From a virus, in IMG/VR virus record IMGVR_UViG_3300045988_119157, positions 1 to 31,970 of that record: a DNA stretch of 31,970 bases. The stretch is one strand, 5' to 3'. Under the pieces are notes generated by a model that saw only the letters and a program-made list of their open reading frames with translations, had not been told where the DNA came from and did not search any database. Shown here piece after piece: positions 1 through 7,490 of the stretch. Within the stretch, counting starts at the first letter, position 1. Each line of letters opens with the position of its first letter. The position numbers and the translations under genes are program-made.

Positions 1-54
1 ATCTTTCCACATGGGGAAAGATACGACTTTCCTTGACATGGTCAAAGGAAAGTC
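1..54. repeat. Terminal direct repeat, left copy. It is identical to 31917-31970 and most likely marks the overlap of a circular or permuted phage genome.
   Basis: The sequence shows an exact 54-bp identity between the window start and end. The repeat bisects the cI/cro intergenic switch region, which is not where attL/attR would lie. Confidence 0.8.
3..54. promoter_or_regulatory. Two CTTTCC...GGAAAG inverted repeats, candidate operator sites upstream of cro. One is CTTTCC-acatgg-GGAAAG (3-20). The other is GACTTTCCTT-gacatggtca-AAGGAAAGTC (25-54), a perfect 10-10-10 inverted repeat.
   Basis: Read directly from the sequence. Both repeats share CTTTCC/GGAAAG arms and a catgg centre, and both lie about 35-85 bp upstream of the cro-like start. 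Confidence 0.4.
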
Positions 55-85
55 GGCGCGACCGATTGAAGGGAGGTGAGACGGA

Positions 86-307
86 ATGAGTGAGTTGAAA
101 GAGACGATCGCCCGCGCCCTGCGCGTCAAGCGCGCCGAGGCAAACATGTCCCAAGAAGAGCTTGCTAAGAGATCCGGCGTGTCTGTCGACGCCATCCGCT
201 CCTATGAGAGGCAGATGAGCCTGCCCCTGCTTGAGACGGCGTACAAGCTCGCCGAGGCGCTTGAGTGCACGGTCAACGACCTGTGCGGAATTCCGAAGGA
301 GGTTTAG
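86..307 (+). CDS. Cro-like HTH_XRE transcriptional regulator (73 aa)
   Basis: The ORF has a canonical XRE helix-turn-helix (QEELAKRSGVSVDAIRSYERQ). The RBS GGGAGG lies 7 nt upstream. It is divergent from the cI-like gene across the circular junction. Confidence 0.85.
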   Translation: MSELKETIARALRVKRAEANMSQEELAKRSGVSVDAIRSYERQMSLPLLETAYKLAEALECTVNDLCGIPKEV

Positions 308-309
308 CA

Positions 310-480
310 ATGCTCGCTCTGGCAATCGCACTCATCGTCATTGCGCTGTTCAGCCCCGTGAGCGCGCCAACGTTCGTTATCTGGATCATCGGCATCGGGG
401 CACTCGGCTTCTGGATGGGCAAGAGCGCAGCCGAACCGGTTAGGAAAGCGGGGGTTTCAGACGATGAAAACCGAGATTGA
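310..480 (+). CDS. Small membrane protein (56 aa, 2 predicted TM)
   Basis: The ATG is preceded by GAAGGAGG. The product is hydrophobic (LALAIALIVIALF...IWIIGIGALGFW) and the gene is tightly coupled to cro. Confidence 0.5.
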   Translation: MLALAIALIVIALFSPVSAPTFVIWIIGIGALGFWMGKSAAEPVRKAGVSDDENRD

Positions 481-901
481 AACCGTTGGTTTTGGGGGTG
501 GTTTTACGGATGCCCGAAGCAACGCGGCTGCGCGCCGCGCAGTTCCGTTGGTGCAGGTACGCGCTCAGCAAGGTTCGTATCTGGGACATGAGAAGAAAGA
601 TGCCCGCCCGAAGCGGCAACTTCGAACGGGCGCGTCAGATTGCAGGCAGCAATTGACAGAGGACATTTTAACGCAGATGCCGCGCTGGAAGCGTTGGGGC
701 ATCTATGCGATTGCGGTTGGATCTGTCACGGGAATCATCCCGCTCGCAGCAGCAGAGCTTGTCGCGGACGCGTTCACCGGAGTTCTCATAGCGCTCGAAT
801 CCCTTATAGGTTCGGGCACGATGGCGGCTCTTGGAATCGGCTTGTGCATCGCCGCCATCATCGCATGCATGGCATACCTGTTCAGGCTGGTGGAGCGATG
901 A
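464..901 (+). CDS. Hypothetical protein with a C-terminal membrane domain. An alternative start at 677 would give 74 aa.
   Basis: The ORF has three hydrophobic segments at its C-terminus. The N-terminal 70 aa are low-complexity and no clear RBS is visible, so the start is uncertain. Confidence 0.35.
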   Translation: MKTEIETVGFGGGFTDARSNAAARRAVPLVQVRAQQGSYLGHEKKDARPKRQLRTGASDCRQQLTEDILTQMPRWKRWGIYAIAVGSVTGIIPLAAAELVADAFTGVLIALESLIGSGTMAALGIGLCIAAIIACMAYLFRLVER

Positions 902-1116
902 GCAATCCGTACCCAATCGTATGCCTCCATCGCGACCCAGATGGTTATTGGGTCGCTCGCATCGAGCAGAGCACGCGGACGCCTGAAACGAGCTGCATAG
1001 GGTCCGTCTTCAAGCGCGTGCGCCTGAACATCCCGCCGACAGCCACCAGAGCCGAGGCAGAGCACGTGCTAGGGCACTACATTCGGGCATGCAGGGAGCG
1101 CGGCAATGGACGTTGA
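898..1116 (+). CDS. Hypothetical protein (72 aa)
   Basis: The ORF shows ATGA stop/start coupling with the preceding gene. It has no recognisable domain. Confidence 0.4.
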   Translation: MSNPYPIVCLHRDPDGYWVARIEQSTRTPETSCIGSVFKRVRLNIPPTATRAEAEHVLGHYIRACRERGNGR

Positions 1117-1507
1117 TGATTGCACGCGCTCGCTCGAATCAGTCATGCGCGATGAAAGCAAGCCTAGGTCATTGCCGCTCAGGATTCAGGATCATCGCGA
1201 GCTGTTCGATGAATGGTGCGCACTCAACCCGCAAGCACTCAGGGAAATCGAGCTGACGGCGCTCGCCATCTCGGCGCACGGAAAGCGCGTATCAACCAAA
1301 TACCTCATAGAAAAGCAAAGGTATGAGGGGCGCTCGAAGCTCAACCCGGTCACCTTCTACGACCTGAGCGGCCATGAGCACACCTATGGGATCAACAACA
1401 CCATTACGCCGATGCTCGCGCGTTACCTGCTCAACCGGCACCCGGACATGGACATCGTAATCAAGCACTCAATCTTCGATGAAAAGGAGAACAACCATGA
1501 AGCGTAA
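1106..1507 (+). CDS. Hypothetical early protein (133 aa)
   Basis: The ORF overlaps the previous gene and its codon usage matches neighbouring genes. No domain is recognised. Confidence 0.5.
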   Translation: MDVDDCTRSLESVMRDESKPRSLPLRIQDHRELFDEWCALNPQALREIELTALAISAHGKRVSTKYLIEKQRYEGRSKLNPVTFYDLSGHEHTYGINNTITPMLARYLLNRHPDMDIVIKHSIFDEKENNHEA

Positions 1508-1775
1508 AGAGATCATCGACCTGATTGATGAGGTCGGGGCAAAGACCTTCGTCACCTGCGGGAGCATGAAGCTTATCCACAAGAAATCCGGCGCTGAGGT
1601 CAAAGTCGATATGCCCGCCGTCTTCTCTGTCGTGCGCGGAACCCTCGCCTGGGTCTGCACTCTTCTCGATGGCATGGCTGACGCTGAGAAGAACACCGCA
1701 AAGCACCTGCAAGACCTGCTTGAATACATCGGCTCTTCAATCGCGCTCGACATCTCCGACGATGACGAGGACTAG
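1497..1775 (+). CDS. Hypothetical acidic-tailed protein (92 aa)
   Basis: The ATG at 1497 is preceded by AAGGAG at the proper spacing, whereas the earlier ATG at 1479 has no RBS. The C-terminus is DISDDDED. Confidence 0.5.
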   Translation: MKRKEIIDLIDEVGAKTFVTCGSMKLIHKKSGAEVKVDMPAVFSVVRGTLAWVCTLLDGMADAEKNTAKHLQDLLEYIGSSIALDISDDDED

Positions 1776-1989
1776 CGGGCAAGGACAGCTGTCGCTTGAT
1801 TTCGGCGAACCGCCGATGCCGACACCCGGCGCGTGCGAGTTCGAACAGAAGACGTTCAACACCAAATCGTGCTGCCTGTTCAGGGGTCGGGAGATCTGGA
1901 CCAACTGCCGCAAATGGGAGCACTGCATTTGGGACGGATGGCACCAGCACGGGCAACCATGCGCCGAATGCGACGAGGAAGATTGTTAG
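1762..1989 (+). CDS. Small Cys-rich protein (75 aa), putative zinc-binding
   Basis: The ORF has ATGA coupling with the upstream gene. It contains eight or more Cys in CxxC-like spacing (CEFEQ..SCCLF..CRKWEHC..CAEC). It ends just before the RBS of the next gene. Confidence 0.4.
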   Translation: MTRTSGQGQLSLDFGEPPMPTPGACEFEQKTFNTKSCCLFRGREIWTNCRKWEHCIWDGWHQHGQPCAECDEEDC

Positions 1990-1999
1990 GAGGTGTGAC

Positions 2000-2455
2000 A
2001 TGGCGAGCAGGGAGGAATTGACCGCAGCTCGCGAGCCAATGGCCTTCTTTAGGCACGATTCCAACGCATCGCACGATGACAAGTGCCAGAGGTTGATTCT
2101 TCGCCGTGGATACGACGGATACGGGCGATGGTGGATTCTCTGCGAATACCTCGCATCGTCCACTGGGCACCATGTGTCTTTCCAGACGGACGAGGACGCG
2201 AAGATTCTCGCGCGGGTACTCGGGTTCGGAACCGGCGGCGCTTTCGATGACCTCATGGCCATGGAGGACTGCAAAGCATTCGTGTCCGACCTAATCGATC
2301 TGAAGCTCTTGGAATGCGATGAAAACGGCTACTTGCAGAGCGTTCGAATGCAGAAAAACGCGCTCTATTTCGGTCAGCAGCGCGCGAACGGTCGCAAGGG
2401 CGGCAGACCTCGAAAGAACAAGGCTTCTGAAGATTCCGCAGCTAGGGAGGTGTAA
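2000..2455 (+). CDS. DUF4373 (Lin1244/Lin1753-like N-terminal) domain protein, a putative phage replisome organizer or replication initiator
   Basis: The RBS is AGGAGG. The N-terminus (AFFRHDSNASHDDKCQRLILRRGYDGYGRWWILCEYL) matches the DUF4373 signature YFxHDSNAxxDxKI...YGxxGYGxYW. It is followed by an AT-rich repeat region. Confidence 0.65.
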   Translation: MASREELTAAREPMAFFRHDSNASHDDKCQRLILRRGYDGYGRWWILCEYLASSTGHHVSFQTDEDAKILARVLGFGTGGAFDDLMAMEDCKAFVSDLIDLKLLECDENGYLQSVRMQKNALYFGQQRANGRKGGRPRKNKASEDSAAREV

Positions 2456-2760
2456 AAGCATGTTCCTAAAACCAAGTACAAAACCGTTGGTTTTTGGTTC
2501 GGTTAACCCGTCAGCAAAAGGTGGCAAAAGCCTAAAACAAAACAAAACAAAACAAGAAGGAGTGGGTTTGGTTCTTAAAACCAAACCAAACCCACTCACT
2601 TGCTTGTCAGTCAACCTAACAAGCAAGGTTATTTCTCTTGCTTCTTCTCTTTGCAGGCACTTCCGAAACGCTCGAATCTGCGATTTCAGACCTCTGTTTT
2701 CAACATGTTTTCCACAGAGTTTTCCACATCGCGTGTTTGGGGGTGATCGTAGATGCCTTG
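2456..2760. promoter_or_regulatory. AT-rich iteron/hairpin region, a putative origin of replication (alternatively attP arm sites)
   Basis: The region contains (AAAAC)x4 at about 2534-2555. A 13-bp perfect inverted repeat AGTGGGTTTGGTT/AACCAAACCCACT lies at 2561-2573/2584-2596. A second inverted repeat, CTTGCTTGT...ACAAGCAAG, lies at 2599-2627. A tandem GTTTTCCACA motif lies at 2707-2729. GC is far below the genome mean and no convincing ORF is present. Confidence 0.35.
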
Positions 2761-2918
2761 GGGAACTTATCACGGGCGCGTAGAGATACGACGATGACCA
2801 ATCTGCGGCAAGGAGCGACCGATTGATTGGTTCGTCCGAAATCATCAAGAGCACGAATCATGCTGGCTCTGCCGTGAGACGGGCAGGGACGGCAGCAAAC
2901 CAAGAAGGGAGAAGGTCG

Positions 2919-3167
2919 ATGGGCTTATCGGATGACAAGATCGATTACCGCAAACAGTGCATCGCTGAAATCAGGTGTGAGGCCGCGTCGGTGCTCGAAG
3001 CCCTATCGAAGCCGAACATTGACATTCGGAATGTGCTCGACCTGAGCAGTGACGTTAACGATTCGGCGTTGAGAATGCACACGATGCTTTCAGCAGCATT
3101 CATTTCAGACTTGTTCGAGGCGATTCATTCAGATGCTAAATTCTACCGTTTCAGAAATCATCACTGA
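2919..3167 (+). CDS. Hypothetical protein (82 aa) with lower GC than its neighbours
   Basis: The ATG is preceded by GGGAGAAGG. Its composition is locally AT-richer. Confidence 0.4.
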   Translation: MGLSDDKIDYRKQCIAEIRCEAASVLEALSKPNIDIRNVLDLSSDVNDSALRMHTMLSAAFISDLFEAIHSDAKFYRFRNHH

Positions 3168-3179
3168 AGGAGTTTGAAG

Positions 3180-3470
3180 ATGATCGAGGTTAAACAGGCA
3201 AAGACGCTTCAGGAGCTTGCAGGGTGTCTCGCTGGCAATCCCGTTGAACATCCCGACCATTACGCCGGAGACGGCAAGATCGAATGCATGGATGCCATGC
3301 GCTCGATGATGAGCGGCGATACCTACGCCCTCCCGGCTATCGCCGCGCACTGGTGGGCCGCAGCGTTCAAGTACATCTGGCGTTGGCGTCGCAAGGGCGG
3401 GGTTCAGGATCTGCGCAAGTGCCGCCAGTGCATCGACTACCTCATTGCCGAGATTGAGGGCGAGCAGTGA
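3180..3470 (+). CDS. DUF3310 family phage protein
   Basis: The motifs PDHYAGDGKIECMDAMRSM and FKYIWRWRRKGGVQDLRKCRQCIDYLI match the DUF3310 consensus (PxHY..G.IE.ID.i...FkYiwRa..Kng.eDL.Ka..Yl.). The RBS is GAAGGAG and the ATG is at 3180. Confidence 0.7.
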   Translation: MIEVKQAKTLQELAGCLAGNPVEHPDHYAGDGKIECMDAMRSMMSGDTYALPAIAAHWWAAAFKYIWRWRRKGGVQDLRKCRQCIDYLIAEIEGEQ

Positions 3471-3610
3471 GACGCCACCGCATCGCAATCGCCATCGTCA
3501 CCACCATCCTGACTGCGTCGGCGGCGTTCTTCGCCTATTGGTGGGTTTACCGGCAGCTCTGCGCGGTCGCTTTACTTCTCATCTTCCTGGCACTGGCCGC
3601 AATGTCTTAA
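3467..3610 (+). CDS. Putative tiny membrane protein (47 aa, GTG start)
   Basis: The start overlaps the upstream stop as GTGA. The product is entirely hydrophobic (IAIAIVTTILTASAAFFAYWWVY...LLLIFLALAA). It is below the ORF-track length cutoff. Confidence 0.25.
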   Translation: MRRHRIAIAIVTTILTASAAFFAYWWVYRQLCAVALLLIFLALAAMS

Positions 3611-3621
3611 GGGGGCAACCA

Positions 3622-3810
3622 ATGGATAACAAAGACCTGATCGACGGATTGGCCGTCATGATCCTTGCGAGCATCGTCATATTGGCCGTGACGGTAAGCC
3701 TCGCTGTCGGCTTTTTCTTCGGAATCGGCTACGGCTTTTTGGTGCTGTCGGCGTTCGTGTTTTCGGCAATCGTCGGGATGCTCTCCATGTTCAAGAGGGC
3801 GAGCAAGTAG
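3622..3810 (+). CDS. Small membrane protein (62 aa, 2 TM)
   Basis: The ATG is preceded by AAGGGGG. The product has two hydrophobic helices. It ends 1 nt before the integrase start. Confidence 0.45.
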   Translation: MDNKDLIDGLAVMILASIVILAVTVSLAVGFFFGIGYGFLVLSAFVFSAIVGMLSMFKRASK

Positions 3811-3811
3811 C

Positions 3812-4996
3812 ATGAGCGTCACGGTCAAAAGGGGCAGGGACGGCGTTTTCGAATGCCGCCTGTATCTCGGTCGCGGCGTTGACGGCAAGGCGATCCGCCC
3901 CTATAAGCGATTCCCCAACGCCGCAACGGAGTCCGAGGCTCTGGAACTCGCGGAGACGTGGGCGGCAAACCTCACGGCAAACGGAGAGGTTAAGAGCGCC
4001 CGCCTGGTTGACCTTCTTGCCGATTACATTCAGCTCAGGGAGCGGAACGGCGCAAGTCCCAACAGCATCAAGAGCTATCGACTGTTCACGCACTACGTTG
4101 CGAGGTTTCTGAGGACTGCCAACGCTCGTGATCTCAGCGTCATGGACTTCAACCGGTTCGAGCAGGCGTTGCTCATGCCCAAATCTGACGGAGGCCAGGG
4201 TCTTTGCAGGAACAGCGTCATCAATGTCCACAACTTCCTGAGAGGCGCTTACAACCACTTTGTCGATGCCGGAATATGCGACGCCAACCCGATTGTCTAC
4301 GTGTCGAAGCCGTCACCCGAGCGGCATGAGGCATGCGCCCTGACCGAATGGGACTTCGAGGACTTCAACGCGCGGCTCGAATCGGCGATGGGCGTCGAGG
4401 GAACCAGCATGAGCGAATACCGCCGTGCGGTCTATGCGTTCGCCGCATGGCTCGCGCTCGTGACCGGGATGCGCGTCGGTGAGGTGTGCGCGGAGCAGAG
4501 GGCCGATGTGAAGCGCTATCAGATGTTCCTACACGTCGGCGGCAATGTCATCGAGAGCGCCGGGGCGAAGCCGTATCGGCGTAACGTCACGAAAGGCCGC
4601 AAATGCCGAAACATCGCCGTGACCGCAGAGGATCTGGGCGTTATCGATTCGTTCGTGAGGCTGCAGAACGCGGTTCTCGGGCGTCTTGATGTCGATTCCC
4701 CTCTGGTGACGCTCGATGGCTCCTATATGCGCCCAACGACGATTTCACGCGCTTTCAGCCGTATCCGCGATTCGTGCGGCCTTCCGAAGGAGATCACGTT
4801 TCACAGCCTGCGGCACACGCATGCCTCCTGGCTCATCGCGAACGGGTGCGACCTTAAGACGCTCTCAGAGCGGATGGGCCACGCTGACGAGGCAACGACG
4901 CTCCGGATCTACGGGCACCTGATGCCCGGTCGCGATGCCGTGGCGGCGCAGCTCTTCAGCGAGGCTAAGAAGCGCGCAACTGGCATCTACGCATAA
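3812..4996 (+). CDS. int: Tyrosine recombinase / phage integrase with an N-terminal arm-binding (AP2-like) domain
   Basis: The C-terminal catalytic signature is HSLRHTHASWLIANGCDLKTLSERMGHADEATTLRIYGHL (R..H..R..Y). The N-terminus has an arm-type DNA-binding domain. Confidence 0.95.
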   Translation: MSVTVKRGRDGVFECRLYLGRGVDGKAIRPYKRFPNAATESEALELAETWAANLTANGEVKSARLVDLLADYIQLRERNGASPNSIKSYRLFTHYVARFLRTANARDLSVMDFNRFEQALLMPKSDGGQGLCRNSVINVHNFLRGAYNHFVDAGICDANPIVYVSKPSPERHEACALTEWDFEDFNARLESAMGVEGTSMSEYRRAVYAFAAWLALVTGMRVGEVCAEQRADVKRYQMFLHVGGNVIESAGAKPYRRNVTKGRKCRNIAVTAEDLGVIDSFVRLQNAVLGRLDVDSPLVTLDGSYMRPTTISRAFSRIRDSCGLPKEITFHSLRHTHASWLIANGCDLKTLSERMGHADEATTLRIYGHLMPGRDAVAAQLFSEAKKRATGIYA

Positions 4997-5016
4997 GGAG
5001 AGGGAGGTAATTGTTC

Positions 5017-5322
5017 ATGTTTGGATCTGATTTTATGTGCCCATACTGCGGTGCGGGTCACAAAGAGTACGACTTCGATTTCTGCGAAGAAGGCAGTTAT
5101 TCCGTCGAATGCGCGAATTGCGGGAGATCGTTCGACGTGAACGTGTCTTACACCCCGTTGATTTCTGTTGATGTGCCCACAGAGCTGGAAAGCTGTTCAG
5201 GGCGATGCTGGGCTTGGAGCATCGGCTGCTGTCGCTACGGCGAGAAGTTCATGCTTTCCGATGGGCATGTTACTTGCGATGTGCCCGATTGTCCGCTTGG
5301 GCACCCAATGGAATCCGAATAG
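5017..5322 (+). CDS. Cys-rich zinc-ribbon protein (101 aa)
   Basis: The RBS GGAGG lies 9 nt upstream of the ATG. Multiple CxxC pairs are present (CPYCG, CANCG, and others). Confidence 0.5.
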   Translation: MFGSDFMCPYCGAGHKEYDFDFCEEGSYSVECANCGRSFDVNVSYTPLISVDVPTELESCSGRCWAWSIGCCRYGEKFMLSDGHVTCDVPDCPLGHPMESE

Positions 5323-5470
5323 TGGTGTGCCAAAAGTGAACCAATCGTGCTTTTCCGGGCATCGCGGCAACCGAGGAAAAACGCGAGATAAACCGCCGCT
5401 TTCGGTACGGGTTGAAACTGTCCGCGACAGATAAGAAGTAATTATCAGGCAATCACGAAAAGGGGGTGCC

Positions 5471-5746
5471 ATGAACCACGATGAAGCTCGGGAACTGGTC
5501 TCGAATCTCGATGTGAGCGACAAGCTTAAGGCGTCAATGATGCGGACTTTCGACGCGTTGCAGGATCGATGGGACAAAGATCGCGATGCGGCAGCGACCG
5601 CGTACCAGATTGACATTCCCGCGCAATCAATTCGGATCTGCGGAGAGCTTCAGGCGAGGCACGCTCTGGACATACTGAAGAGCCTGAAGCTCACCGGAAC
5701 TTATCGAGTTATGAAAGGTGGAGTAAGTGAAGGAAATCGAGGTTAA
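5471..5746 (+). CDS. Hypothetical protein (91 aa)
   Basis: The RBS is AAAAGGGGG. No domain is recognised. Confidence 0.5.
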   Translation: MNHDEARELVSNLDVSDKLKASMMRTFDALQDRWDKDRDAAATAYQIDIPAQSIRICGELQARHALDILKSLKLTGTYRVMKGGVSEGNRG

Positions 5747-5897
5747 CGATGACGAGTGGATGCGGATCAAGCACAAGCTTATGACCTCCATCGTCGAGGA
5801 AGCGCTGAGCGACTACACGGCACCGGTTCGCATCGTGCACGGATGCGAGTACGTGACTTTCGAAAGGGGCAATGATGATTCCGCATCTGACCACTGA
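5727..5897 (+). CDS. Possible small ORF (56 aa, GTG start)
   Basis: AGGTGGAG precedes the GTG. The ORF overlaps both neighbours and is speculative. Confidence 0.2.
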   Translation: MKEIEVNDDEWMRIKHKLMTSIVEEALSDYTAPVRIVHGCEYVTFERGNDDSASDH

Positions 5898-6189
5898 GCA
5901 ACGCCGCGAGTATCTTGAGAAGGCTTCGAAAGTTCGCAGGGAGCGGGCGATTGTTCGTAATGACCTGAAGTCTGGTCTGATGACCTTTGGCCAGGTGCTA
6001 AAGCTCGCCGACGCCGACTGCCAAGCAGTGTCCAACATGCGCGTAAAGCAGGTTATCAACTCCATGCCTGGGTACGGCCATGCAAAGACTCAGCAACTTA
6101 TGAGGGCTTTGCAAATTGCAGATGGTCGGCGCATCAAGGGTCTTGGCGTTCGCCAGCGTGCCGCCCTGTTGGAGGTCCTTGGATGCTGA
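5872..6189 (+). CDS. mIHF/sIHF-family integration host factor-like nucleoid protein (actinobacterial type)
   Basis: The ORF has a strong similarity pattern to mycobacterial mIHF. Key matches are L(T)TEQRREYLEKA..RRERA, FGQVLK, and RIKGLGVRQRAALLE compared with mIHF RLRGLGDRQRKALLE. Confidence 0.8.
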   Translation: MMIPHLTTEQRREYLEKASKVRRERAIVRNDLKSGLMTFGQVLKLADADCQAVSNMRVKQVINSMPGYGHAKTQQLMRALQIADGRRIKGLGVRQRAALLEVLGC

Positions 6190-6353
6190 CCGCCATTTTC
6201 TACCTGTGCGGCGGCTTGCTGTCGCTGCTCGCTCTTTTCGGCTCCGATGCTGAAAAAGACATGATGCTGCTTGTCTTGGCGCAATTGATATTCATTTCTG
6301 CGAACGTCATCGAGATCAAAGGGATTTTAAGGGAGCGGATTTATGAGCATTAA
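6183..6353 (+). CDS. Possible small membrane protein (56 aa)
   Basis: The start overlaps the upstream stop. The N-terminus is hydrophobic (MLTAIFYLCGGLLSLLALFG). The ORF is speculative. Confidence 0.25.
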   Translation: MLTAIFYLCGGLLSLLALFGSDAEKDMMLLVLAQLIFISANVIEIKGILRERIYEH

Positions 6354-6765
6354 CCACGTCATTCTGTCCGGCAATCTCGGAGCCAATTCCGAACTGAGGT
6401 ACACGAAGAGCGGTACGCCCATCCTGACTTTCTCTCTTGCCGTCAATGACCGCGTGCCTAACGGCGATGGGACTTGGGGCGATTACACGAATTGGCTCGA
6501 TTGCTCGATGTTCGGCAAGCGTGCCGAAGCGCTCGCGCCGTACCTCACCAAGGGCGTGAAGGTAACCGTTTCCGGAAGGGTGAGGACGCACACCTACCAG
6601 AAGGACGGGCAGAACTTGAAGCGTTGGGAGATTCGCGTTGAGAACGTCGAGCTGATGCAGGTGAAGCGCGAGCAGCAGAACGCATATGCCCAACCGGTGG
6701 AACAGGCGCAGCCGATTGCGACGTCACCGGCGCCAGACGTGTACGACGAGGATATTCCGTTTTAA
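6343..6765 (+). CDS. ssb: Single-stranded DNA-binding protein
   Basis: The OB-fold pattern is present (NHVILSGNLGANSELRYT..G..ILTFSLAVN). The acidic C-terminal tail ends DEDIPF. Confidence 0.9.
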   Translation: MSINHVILSGNLGANSELRYTKSGTPILTFSLAVNDRVPNGDGTWGDYTNWLDCSMFGKRAEALAPYLTKGVKVTVSGRVRTHTYQKDGQNLKRWEIRVENVELMQVKREQQNAYAQPVEQAQPIATSPAPDVYDEDIPF

Positions 6766-6774
6766 GGAGCAAGG

Positions 6775-7053
6775 ATGTTGTTGGAACTTTTCAAGCGAAG
6801 CAAAGAGGTGGAAGAGCTGCGCGAGCTGCTTGCCCAAGCCGATGATGTGACCCGCTCAAACCCGCGAGACGAACAGGGGCGGACGCTCGCCCTCGATGAC
6901 GTTGTTCTCTACAACGGCGCTCGCTACCGCGTCGTTGCCATGAGCCATCGCGGAAAGGTGTCAATCCGCCACGTCTCGATGCATGGCGGCTGCGGGGCGC
7001 GTTGGGTTCCTGCGGACCGCGTTTCGTTTCTCACAAGTCAGGAGGTCTTCTAA
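6775..7053 (+). CDS. Hypothetical protein (92 aa)
   Basis: The RBS is AAGGAG. No domain is recognised. Confidence 0.5.
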   Translation: MLLELFKRSKEVEELRELLAQADDVTRSNPRDEQGRTLALDDVVLYNGARYRVVAMSHRGKVSIRHVSMHGGCGARWVPADRVSFLTSQEVF

Positions 7054-7490
7054 TGTTCGGACGAAAGCTCAACGTTAAGGTTGCCGAAGGCATGGAGGTG
7101 CCTCGTTACGCCCACGAAGGTGATGCCGGTCTCGATCTTCGCATCACGGAAACCGTGACGCTCGAACCGATGCAGCGCTGTATCGTCGGCTGCGGCCTGT
7201 CAATCGAGATTCCCAGCGGTTGTGTCGGACTGCTTTTCCCGCGCTCCGGCCTTGCATCCAAGCAGGGCATCACGCTCGCCCACAGCGTCGGCGTCATCGA
7301 CAGCGGCTATCGCGGCGAGGTGTGCGCTCCGCTCATCAACCTCAGCTATGAGACCGTGACCATCGAGGCGGGCACGCGCGTGTGCCAGCTTGTCGTGATG
7401 CCTTATGTTCCGTGCGAGCTTGTCCCGGTCGAAGAGCTGAGCGGCACCGAGCGCGGCGCCGACGGCTTCGGCAGCACAGGCATCGAGTAG
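7053..7490 (+). CDS. dut: dUTP diphosphatase (dUTPase)
   Basis: The dUTPase motifs AGLDL, GVIDSGYRGE and RGADGFGSTG are present. The RBS is AGGAGG. Confidence 0.9.
   Translation: MFGRKLNVKVAEGMEVPRYAHEGDAGLDLRITETVTLEPMQRCIVGCGLSIEIPSGCVGLLFPRSGLASKQGITLAHSVGVIDSGYRGEVCAPLINLSYETVTIEAGTRVCQLVVMPYVPCELVPVEELSGTERGADGFGSTGIE

Noticed and set aside
2291-2854. ORFs 2291-2854 (-) and 2319-2783 / 2460-2783 (+) across the AT-rich region
   Set aside because: Their translations are low-complexity. The region is dominated by iterons and inverted repeats, so it was interpreted as noncoding ori/att-like DNA.
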